Source: a virus
DNA length: 64,000 nucleotides
Direction: 5' to 3' (one strand)
IMG/VR virus record: IMGVR_UViG_3300029267_002792
In this document: positions 9,114 to 17,113 of the stretch, in pieces
Numbering within the stretch: position 1 is the stretch's first letter
Layout: each line of letters begins with the position of its first letter
Position numbers and translations under genes: made by a program
The notes under the pieces: model-generated
The model's input: only the letters and a program-made list of their open reading frames with translations
What the model was told of the DNA's origin: nothing
Database searches by the model: none

Positions 9114-9216
9114 AGAAAGTCTTACGGTAGCAAGACGCGCCCAGCGCTGTCAAGAGCTAACGTATGTGGTATGTCCGATTGTCAACGAAATCTCACCTCC
9201 GTCCCTCGGCATCGAC

Positions 9217-9732
9217 CGGTCCATCCCCGCGCGTGCGGGGGACCCCCAACCCAGGAGCAGCCATGACCGCCGAGAAGGGTCCATCCCAGCGCGTGCGGGG
9301 AAACCGGGCGTCGGCCTATGTAGTCCTCGATCCCCCACGGTCCATCCTCGCGCGTGCGGGGAAACCCTCACGTCGGCCATCACGTTTCCGTACCCCTCGG
9401 GTCCATCCTCGCGCGTGCGGGGGAACCTGCGTGCGAATCGACAAAGCCGATCTCGATGAGGGTCCATCCTCGCGCGTGCGGGGGAACCCGGGCCGGAAAG
9501 GGCCTGGGTGTGGAGGTTTTGGGTCCATCCTCGCGCGTGCGGGGGAACCGAATACCAGCCCACCGGGAACGTTGGGTACGTGGGTCCATCCTCGCGCGTG
9601 CGGGGGAACCGCACTGCTTCCAGTGCGAGGAGTCGGGAGACGCGGTCCATCCTCGCGCGTGCGGGGGAACCGTGGTTCTGGCCATCCAGCGCACCTCAGA
9701 CAACGGTCCATCCTCGCGCGTGCGGGGGAACC
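9217..9732 (-). CRISPR. CRISPR array 2: 9 repeats, 8 spacers, directly downstream of tnpB
   Basis: Repeats start at 9217, 9277, 9338, 9399, 9460, 9521, 9582, 9643, 9704 (61-bp period); consensus GGTTCCCCCGCACGCGCGAGGATGGACCS; degenerate copies at the left (trailer) end. Confidence 0.97.
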
Positions 9733-9845
9733 CCTGTGCCGACCTGAGCCATCTCAATCCCCACACACATGAGTTTCCCAGCGCCTACGAAGCAGGCACG
9801 GGGCAGGAGTCCTGAGACCCCTTACCGCGTGGAATCGCGGTAGTC
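9733..9845 (-). ncRNA. scaffold L2 overlapping the tnpB 3' end (omegaRNA-like position)
   Basis: H1 UACCGCG-AUUCCA-CGCGGUA (9823-9842) lies inside the CDS; H3 contains the stop codon; anti-repeat at 9759-9773. Confidence 0.7.
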
Positions 9846-11206
9846 TTCTTCCGGCCCCGAGCCTGCAGGGCCACCCTAATCTTCGGCTCTTTCTTAGCAG
9901 CATAGCCGCCTTCGAGTTTGTAGTCTCCGGCGTGGTACCGCCGCAGGATCTCTCGCGCAGCGTTGATGTCGGCGTTCTCCTCGTGCTCGCACTCCACACA
10001 ACGGAACTTCGACTGTGAGCGACGATTGTCGGCGGACACGTGTCCGCACTTCGGGCAAGTGATCGAGGTGTTCCGGGGCGGCACCTTCACGACCACCCCG
10101 CCCCGCTCCTCCATCTTGTAGCAGAGAATGGACACGAACGCGGACCAGCCCTGCCGCAGGATCGCTCGGTTCAGACCCGCCTTCTGCCGCACGTTCGACC
10201 CGGGCTCTTCTTCGGTACCCTTCGCCGACTTCGTCATGTTCTTGATCTTCAGGTCCTCAATCACCACGACGCCGTAGTTCTCAGCGTAGTACAGAGCTTG
10301 GTGATGCAGCCACTGCCGCCTCATCCGTCGCACGCGAGTGTGCAACTTCGAGATCTGTTCTTGCCCCTTCCGCCAGTTATTAGAACGGGGAACTCCCTTC
10401 TTGTGCGACACGATCTTCCGGTCGTTCGCTGCCTGGAGACGATCGATACGCCGGGCCAGCTTGGCGATGCGGGCCGGGAGTTTGGACATCCGACCGTCGG
10501 AGTCAGCCAGGTTGAGGACGACTCCGCGGTCAATCCCGACAGCGGGCTTGCGAGACTTGCCAGGGTCCGTCACCTCGTACTCGCAGAGGAATGCAACAAA
10601 CCAGGCCGACCCCTCACGAGTGACAGACATACGCTTGACCGTGAAAGCGTCCATTGGACGACCGTCAAAGGGGAGCGCCCGATGAGCAGAGAGAGGGCGG
10701 TGAAGGATGATGTCAATCCAACCCAGCTTCGGGATGAGCACTTGGTGTTGAAGGTCGTTCTTCCGCCTGGGCTTCTCGACCTTCTGGCCTTCTCGCACTA
10801 CCTTGGAAAGGGGAATCGACTTCTCGACCGTCACCGTCATGCCGATCGTATCTCGCATCTTCTTGAACTTCGGCCTTCCCCGAGTTTCATCCTTCACCCA
10901 CATCTTCCAAGCAGCATTGAGATCGCGGAGGACACATTGCTCGCTACGGCACAGCCCCTCCCCTACCCACGGTATACGAGGATTAGAACGCATCTTCGTC
11001 AAGTAGGCCTGCTGCCAGTAGTAATCGGACGGGGGCAAACGCACCCACTGCCAGTCCGTCCCGTTCCAGATCTGTTTGGAGGACAACCGGCGTTGACGAA
11101 GAGCCACGTTCCAGACGAACCGGTGAGTGCGCTCCCACTCCCGCAGGACCTCCTCAATCTCTGGCGTGGGGTAGATTCTGTAGCGATACCCTCGTTGTAC
11201 GATCAT
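9785..11206 (-). CDS. tnpB: TnpB family RNA-guided endonuclease (IS200/IS605 OrfB), 473 aa
   Basis: N-terminal YRYRIYPT HTH; RuvC-I GIDRG, RuvC-II IEDL, CPKC/CVEC Zn finger, RuvC-III NADINAA all intact; SAKGTEEEPGSNVRQKAGLNRAIL motif; no tnpA adjacent. Confidence 0.95.
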   Translation of the reverse strand: MIVQRGYRYRIYPTPEIEEVLREWERTHRFVWNVALRQRRLSSKQIWNGTDWQWVRLPPSDYYWQQAYLTKMRSNPRIPWVGEGLCRSEQCVLRDLNAAWKMWVKDETRGRPKFKKMRDTIGMTVTVEKSIPLSKVVREGQKVEKPRRKNDLQHQVLIPKLGWIDIILHRPLSAHRALPFDGRPMDAFTVKRMSVTREGSAWFVAFLCEYEVTDPGKSRKPAVGIDRGVVLNLADSDGRMSKLPARIAKLARRIDRLQAANDRKIVSHKKGVPRSNNWRKGQEQISKLHTRVRRMRRQWLHHQALYYAENYGVVVIEDLKIKNMTKSAKGTEEEPGSNVRQKAGLNRAILRQGWSAFVSILCYKMEERGGVVVKVPPRNTSITCPKCGHVSADNRRSQSKFRCVECEHEENADINAAREILRRYHAGDYKLEGGYAAKKEPKIRVALQARGRKKTTAIPRGKGSQDSCPVPAS

Positions 11207-11211
11207 GTCCT

Positions 11212-11325
11212 AACCTCCCTAGCGCCCCGAAAAGTACAAACCGTTGCGGGTCCAGTCTCACGCACGCGCAAGTTCCCAGCACCTACTGGCGAAGGGCAAT
11301 TCCCGCGTGGAATCACGGTACACCC
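11212..11325 (-). ncRNA. truncated scaffold L5 fused to a pseudo-repeat and a 32-nt spacer in the tnpB 5' UTR
   Basis: H1 at 11303-11318, anti-repeat at 11261-11272, GCGTGAGACTGGACCC resembling the repeat 3' end (ends 11248), exactly 32 nt, then GGTT (11215-11212). Confidence 0.55.
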
Positions 11326-11378
11326 AACTACATAGCAGAGCGATAGTCAAATGTCAATGGCAATCTTCGGGGAGGGGC

Positions 11379-11834
11379 GGGTCCATCCTCACGCGTGTGG
11401 GAGAACCTCTCCGGCAGAGCCGGCAGGACCGACGATACCCGGTCCATCCCCGCGCGTGCAGGGGAACCTGATCCTCAAGCGTTCGGCTGCGATCGATCGC
11501 GGGTCCATCCCCGCGCGTGCAGGGGAACCTGATCCTCAAGCGTTCGGCTGCGATCGATCGCGGGTCCATCCCCGCGCGTGCGGGAGAACCCCCCACGTCT
11601 TCGCGAGACTGCCCACGTGTCCAGGTCCATCCCCGCGCGTGTGGGGGAGCCGACTGGCCCGAGGAGCTGACAATGACGCCGAGCGGTCCATCCCCGCGCG
11701 TGCAGGGGAACCGGCCAGGCGTCGCGCGCTCACTGGGGGCCGATGGGTCCATCCCCGCGCGTGCGGGGGAACCCGGTCGCTGGCCTACCTGCGTCATGTG
11801 GATGACGGTCCATCCCCGCGCGTGCGGGGGAACC
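11379..11834 (-). CRISPR. CRISPR array 3: 8 repeats, 7 spacers (two identical)
   Basis: Repeats start at 11379, 11440, 11501, 11562, 11623, 11684, 11745, 11806. Confidence 0.97.
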
Positions 11835-11964
11835 CCTGTGCCGGCCTGGGCCAAAAAAAAACGGTTCCCGTAAACACACACGCAGGTTCCTTGCCGCCTC
11901 CGGCAAGGCAAGTGCGCCTCGTAGGGGAGGCGCCATCGACTGGAATGTCGACTCGTTTGACACG
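11835..11964 (-). ncRNA. structured leader scaffold L3
   Basis: H1 UCGAC-AUUCCA-GUCGA (11936-11951), H2 GCGCCUC/GAGGCGC, H3 CCUUGCCG/CGGCAAGG, anti-repeat 11863-11886; promoter TTGACA-17-TAGGTT at 11971-11999. Confidence 0.7.
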
Positions 11965-12016
11965 CCAATGAACCTACCAGGTAACAAGTGGATTGTCAAG
12001 AGAAAAGTTTTCCCGC

Positions 12017-12544
12017 TTATTCGGAGGCGGCGGTGTCGGCGGGCTCGGAGGGCACTACGCCGTCGGGACGTGATCGCTCACCGTGCAGCCGAGCCTCAAC
12101 CAGCCGGGCCAGCTCTTCTTCGGCAATGTTGGGGAGCCCTGACATATCGAGCTGCTGCTGCACGAAGTCAACCGCCGACTGCAGCTTCTGAGCACTCTCG
12201 GTCTTGACCTTGTCAGTCCTGAGCGCCTTGCGCGCCTGCTCTTCAGCAAAGGCTACCCCGGCCTGAATCATGTTCTGTGTCAGGCGGACCGTGGCCTCTT
12301 GTTTCTCCGCGTCCCACTTCTTCGTGAGTTTGCGTACGACCCAGCTACCGAGCACGCCGAGAATGGCCGTGACAAGGGGAGCCGAGATCTGGACCAGGAA
12401 GTCGAGCAGGACCATCCACCACGCCTGCGCCTGATCGGCCACGTTCAAGTTCACGTCCACGGGCGGACATGGCTGAGCAAGCACCAGCGATGGAAGTAGG
12501 AAAGCGCTAAGGAACGCCGTGACAATCAGAAATTTCTTCATCAA
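12017..12544 (-). CDS. putative holin (LL-H-like) membrane protein
   Basis: N-terminal hydrophobic signal, a second TM segment, then AGVAFAEEQ...KLQSAVDFVQQQL...LVEARL, resembling LL-H family holins. Confidence 0.55.
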   Translation of the reverse strand: MMKKFLIVTAFLSAFLLPSLVLAQPCPPVDVNLNVADQAQAWWMVLLDFLVQISAPLVTAILGVLGSWVVRKLTKKWDAEKQEATVRLTQNMIQAGVAFAEEQARKALRTDKVKTESAQKLQSAVDFVQQQLDMSGLPNIAEEELARLVEARLHGERSRPDGVVPSEPADTAASE

Positions 12545-12622
12545 ACCCTCCGTCTAGAATCGCAAAAGCATATCATGGAGGGCGTACCTCGGAAATCTAC
12601 AGAACAAACGCCTGCACCTGAA

Positions 12623-12956
12623 GGGTCCATCCTCACGCATGCGGGGGAACCGCCGAGATCAGCCATTTCCGTTGCGATGCACTCGGTCCATCCCCACGCG
12701 TGCGGGGGAGCCTCGTAGCCGTTCCCGCGCTTCCGCACGACGATGGGTCCATCCCCACGCGTGCGGGGAAACCTCTCTCATGGGAGCTTGCTCGCGCTCC
12801 CCCTGGGGTCCATCCCCGCGCGTGCGGGAGAACCCCCAGACACGGCGGTGATGACTCGTACGATGACGGTCCATCCCCACGCGTGCGGGGGAACCCCGGG
12901 ACGATCTCATCGCATCCGTAGATGAAGGGGTCCATCCCCGCGCGTGCGGGGGAACC
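12623..12956 (-). CRISPR. CRISPR array 4: 6 repeats, 5 spacers
   Basis: Repeats start at 12623, 12684, 12745, 12806, 12867, 12928. Confidence 0.96.
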
Positions 12957-13074
12957 CCTGTGCCACGCTAAGCCAATCCCCTCCACACACACGCGAGTTC
13001 CTCGCTCAAGGCGAGGCAAGAGCATCACGCTTTCGCGATCTGCCACCGACTGGAATATCGGCATTTGATTCACG
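12957..13074 (-). ncRNA. structured leader scaffold L4
   Basis: H1 at 13046-13061, H2 CGC-GAAA-GCG, H3 CCUCGC/GCGAGG, anti-repeat 12983-12997; promoter TTGACA-17-TAATCT at 13081-13109. Confidence 0.7.
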
Positions 13075-13124
13075 CTCTGGAGATTACCAGCAAGAGGTGC
13101 GATTGTCAAGAGCAATCGACACCT

Positions 13125-13975
13125 TTAGATGAAATTCGCCGGGTCGTAGACGAGGAGAACCCACCCGTCACCGGCGGACACTTCAACAGGGCTCGTGACG
13201 CAGAAGCATGAATTCACGCGGCGTACGTGGTCCAAGGCGAGCTTGTAGGTGGCGGCGTCCGTACGGGGCTCGGTGCGAAGCACCTTCCGGCAGTAGTCCT
13301 CCCAGTCATCCGGGTGCATGGACGTCAGGGCCTGAAGGACACACGTCGGTGTCTCGCTCGGAGGCGGCAGGAAGTAAAGATCGTAGGACCCGACAAAGAA
13401 GTCCTCGGCGAAGTCCAGGGCAAAAACCATAGAGGCCTAGTCGTTGTATTCGGGAGGTGGGCTGCACGACATACACACCCCCTGGTGAAAATCAGGGTCG
13501 TCGCAGCAAGGACCAGACTCGGCCAGCTCCTCACAGCGAGTGCAATACCCATCGCTCGCATGGTATTTGGCGCCGCACGCCGCACACTTAGTCCAGTAGC
13601 AGTTCCAATCGTCGGGCACGTTCCTCATCGGTCTCCTCCTACTCCAGCCGGAATCCACGCTGCTCCATCATCTCGAAGGTGATCGGCGTCGGCAAGCTCC
13701 GCATGTCCTTCACGAACGAGTCGTAGTCATCCGGCGCGTACCGCTTGATCCGGTAGTCCTTCAGGTACACATCGAAATAGACTAGCGTCGTGTACCAGAT
13801 GCGTGGGCGCCCTTGAAGATCGGGCCATTCCCTCCGCAGCCCTAAGAACTCCGCGCACCCATCTTCGGGAGCAGCCATCCACTCCGGAACGGACGCGGGG
13901 CGGCGGAACCGGAATACCTCTTCGTTCGATCCGTAGACCGGCTTCCGCTGCTTTCCGCGTCCTCCCGGCACCGCT
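13125..13975 (-). other. three small hypothetical CDS (13125-13430, 13437-about 13630, 13639-start uncertain)
   Basis: ORF track; Cys-rich and aromatic-rich small proteins. Confidence 0.45.
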
Positions 13976-14665
13976 CTACCTCCGACCCCTACGTCGCCGC
14001 GGCGGCCGGCTGACAGCAGCCTCGAAGCGAGCAATGTCGTCCGGGGTCGGGTTGTCGATCACCTCGTCCACGTCGAAGACGCGATCTGTGCCCTCAGGCA
14101 ACTCGGAGACGACAGCTCGCTTCCCGTCTTCGTCAAGCCACTCCTGGTACCCTCGGGAGTACATGGCCTGCATGTCAGCGTCCGACCGGGGGTCACAGAC
14201 GGACTGCTGCCAGTACGAGAAACCTCCCTGCCTCCGAGACTTGCTCTTCGTCACGTGGTCTCGAAGCCATCGCTCCGCACCGTTCATGACTCTCCAGACC
14301 TTCATGTAGAGGTCGTGCCTGGCGTGGCCCTCCTCAGCCGTCGGTGCCTTCCGCTCGACAGCGTTCTTGAAGTTCGAGTAGTCGATGTCGTGCGCCAGCG
14401 CGGCAGCGAGCGTGGTCCACTCCGCGCGGGGCATGACAATCCGGTACGGGTAGTCGTGCCCGGGAAGTGCCAAGATTTCAGGCTCCCGCCGGCCCTCGAC
14501 AGGTAGGGGTGGGAGCTGCCGGTACCGCTCAATCAGTCGCTCCAGGTCCTCACGCACGCGGGCGCGAACCATGATGTGCCCGTGCCGCTGCTCGGGCGGC
14601 AGTTCCTTGTAGCGTTGGGTTGTCAGCGTGGCGCTGAAAAACCCGAGAGGTGTGAATAGCCACAT
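13976..14665 (-). CDS. conserved phage hypothetical protein
   Basis: MWLFTPLGFFS, MVRARVREDL, DYPYR, IDYSNFK, HDLYMKVW pattern; follows promoter 14707-14735. Confidence 0.65.
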   Translation of the reverse strand: MWLFTPLGFFSATLTTQRYKELPPEQRHGHIMVRARVREDLERLIERYRQLPPLPVEGRREPEILALPGHDYPYRIVMPRAEWTTLAAALAHDIDYSNFKNAVERKAPTAEEGHARHDLYMKVWRVMNGAERWLRDHVTKSKSRRQGGFSYWQQSVCDPRSDADMQAMYSRGYQEWLDEDGKRAVVSELPEGTDRVFDVDEVIDNPTPDDIARFEAAVSRPPRRRRGRR

Positions 14666-14744
14666 ATCGATTCTCCTTGGCCGAACGCTTCGGCCATCCA
14701 ATTTTCAGCCTACCAGAAAGGCAGGCAGGTGTCAAGAGCAAACG

Positions 14745-15244
14745 TCAACCGACTTGCGTAATGCAGCCCGTCTCGGGATTGAACCAGCCGTGCCGCCGGC
14801 CCAGGCCCTCGGACGAGAGGTACTCGAAGTCGAAGTAGACGCTGGAACAGAGAGCCTCACGCGAGTCGGCGCGCTCGTCCCACCGGGGTAGCACGTGCTT
14901 GTAGGTCTGCCCCAGGGGCACGTGACGAGTCGTGAACAGGGCCTGGCAATCGAGGCACCGCACGATGCCGGAGTCGACGAAAACATGCTTCGTGGCAGCG
15001 CAGCAGGGGCAATTCATGACTGCACCTCCTCACGGGCTTCAGACCACCTCTCGAATCGCATCTGGCTGGCCAAGTGCTCGAGCGCTCCCGCCACCTCGGA
15101 CGCGCGCAGATACGCACGCTCTGCCGTGCTTCCGACCTGGTTCAGAGGCAAGGCGCTGAAGGCACCCTGCTCAAGCTGGGCGGTGTCCTTCCGTAGGTCC
15201 GTGGCGAGTTGAAATAGGGTTTTGGCTGTCTCGGTAAGGTCCAT
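14745..15244 (-). other. two small hypothetical CDS (14745-15017 Zn-binding; 15014-15244)
   Basis: Coupled ORFs below promoter 15285-15313. Confidence 0.5.
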
Positions 15245-15343
15245 CTTGCGCTCTCCTTCGCAGCATTGCCGCGATCACAATTACAGCATGACACACCCCA
15301 CAGGGCGTGTCAAGAGCAAACGTTGCAGGGTGCGCGTTTTTTT

Positions 15344-16231
15344 TCAGCCTAGGGGATGCGACTTGATGTAGCTGGCAAGCGGGACCTCCCCGTGTTCGAG
15401 CCCCGACTCTTTCACAGCCTTGATCAGGGCTCCCAGTGCTTCGTGAGCACCGAACACCTGCCGCATGACTCGCCGTACCGCCTGCACGCGGATGGTGTCG
15501 ATGTATCGCGCGACATCGTGAGCTGTCACAGCAGCGGGGTCCTTCGCCCAGTCACTGAACGTGGAAAACTCCCCGGCTGCCGTCGCCAACGCTTGCATCG
15601 GACCTTCAAGTTCCTGCTTCCGCTCTCTAAGACGTTGGCGTAACTTCCTAACCGCGTGCCACTCCTTCTCGAGCCGCTGCTCCTCCCTACCCGTCAACGC
15701 TTTCACTTTCGCCTCGAGATCGGTCGTAGTGATGTTCTCGTTCTCGAAGGTGTAACGCTTGGTCCGGTCGGTGTGCAGCGTGTTGGCCAGCGTCCGAATG
15801 GCGGAAAGAGCGACGGGCTCAGGTAGCGGAGGGATCTCCCGGTGCATCGCCGCCTTGCGCCGGATGAGCTTCTCCCCGTCCTGAGTAGCGACTAGGAGCC
15901 CCCATCCCTCTGGAATTTCGTCCGGCTTCACGATACCGGGAATCACGACGAAGTAGCACTGATGGAAGTGCTTTTCGAGCCACGCCCGCTTTCCGGGTGT
16001 GTCGACCTCGCGCATGTAGTCCGATCGCGACCGCTTGATCTCGAAGGCGAGCCGATGGAAGCCCTTGCTCGGCCAACAGTTGAAAGCTACAACATCGGCC
16101 CGCTGGTCGTAGCCACTGCACCCCACGCCCCCGGAAAACTCCACGATGGTGGCCCACTCCGGGAACGGATACCGCTCGACAAGCAGCCTTTCCAGGGGGT
16201 ACTGACTAGGGTGCCCCAACTTCTCAGCCAT
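15344..16231 (-). CDS. MmcB-like PD-(D/E)xK nuclease-fold protein with coiled-coil C-terminus
   Basis: RADVVAFNCWPS, AFEIKRSRSDY, IPEGWGL motifs. Confidence 0.65.
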   Translation of the reverse strand: MAEKLGHPSQYPLERLLVERYPFPEWATIVEFSGGVGCSGYDQRADVVAFNCWPSKGFHRLAFEIKRSRSDYMREVDTPGKRAWLEKHFHQCYFVVIPGIVKPDEIPEGWGLLVATQDGEKLIRRKAAMHREIPPLPEPVALSAIRTLANTLHTDRTKRYTFENENITTTDLEAKVKALTGREEQRLEKEWHAVRKLRQRLRERKQELEGPMQALATAAGEFSTFSDWAKDPAAVTAHDVARYIDTIRVQAVRRVMRQVFGAHEALGALIKAVKESGLEHGEVPLASYIKSHPLG

Positions 16232-17113
16232 CGCTCCGGTTGTCCGAGATCTCCCGGAGGTGGTCCTCGATGACGCGCTCCATCGTAGCCAACCCCGACA
16301 GCCCGTGAATCGTGACGAACTCAAGCACAGTGTCGGACTCGATGCTGAGACCGGCACTCTTGGCCTTCGTCACGAACCGATCAACCTCCGCCTCGGGAGC
16401 TGCTGTCTTCAGTCGATCTCTAGCAGCATCCAAGGCGGCGGTGATGCGAGTATTCAGACTCGCCAGCGCATCCGTTGTACCCTCGCGCCCGAGCGCGTTC
16501 AACATCGTGACAACAGCCCGTTCCTTCTCCGCAGGGATGCGCCACGCCCACCCTGGAAAGGTGCTCATCTTCACGACCACATCTTCTTTTTTCATAACTC
16601 TGCCCTTTCAATTCAAATCTTCCGATCCGGGCGGCGGACCGGGTCGGATAAGAAGGAAACCGGGCGGGGGCTCGTAGACCGCGCCCGACTTCCATGCGCA
16701 CTCCCCCTGGTGTTCGCAGCTATCGCAGTCCGGAATGTCCTCCTCGTCGAAACCACACTCCGCTTCTGAGAGCATCTGTTCCACGATCCGCCGCACAAAA
16801 GGCCTTAGCAGGTTGTGGATAACGCCCGAGACTCGATCTTCGAGCCGCTTGAATACCTTGCGATTATTCCCCTTCACGAAGTTCTCCTCTGATTCCCCAC
16901 AACGCTGTCAACTAGCCGATCATAGTCGGTTGTTGGCCGTGTCACCGTCTCACGGAGCACAAACTCCCCGCGCCACTCCACGTAGATACGGCCACAGTCA
17001 CACGCGTGCTCGAAGCTCGTAGCGACCTTCAGCAGTCGAACTGGAAGATCCTTCCCGCATTCACAGACTATCATTTCGTGATATCCTAGCCTTTCCACCA
17101 CGGAGGCAATCAT
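16224..17113 (-). other. three small hypothetical CDS (16224-16595, 16608-16877, 16874-about 17100)
   Basis: ORF track; coupled. Confidence 0.45.

Noticed and set aside
11238-11245. 8-nt match between the tnpB-UTR spacer (AACGGTTT) and leader L1
   Set aside because: An 8-mer match is expected by chance in 64 kb, and the first two spacer bases mismatch.
9733-11330. tnpB as an ordinary intact IS200/IS605 insertion with left and right end hairpins
   Set aside because: There is no tnpA and no typical IS1341-type terminal palindrome. The flanking hairpins recur in three tnpB-free leaders with their own promoters. It is kept only as an alternative origin.
9246-12927. Apparent strand bias of spacers: plus-strand readings look like coding sequence, and two contain RBS+ATG, hinting at mRNA-antisense guides
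   Set aside because: In GC-rich DNA the reverse complements read equally well (e.g. HCFQCEESGD vs VSRLLALEAV). This cannot be decided without protospacer hits.
1043-12927. Self-targeting spacers
   Set aside because: I saw no spacer match within the window by eye; the search was not exhaustive and needs BLAST.
9150-12960. Many ORFs in the track across the arrays (e.g. 9150-9650, 9164-9772, 11351-11971, 12633-13115)
   Set aside because: They are translations of CRISPR repeats (recurring PRVRGN, SPARAGMD), not genes.
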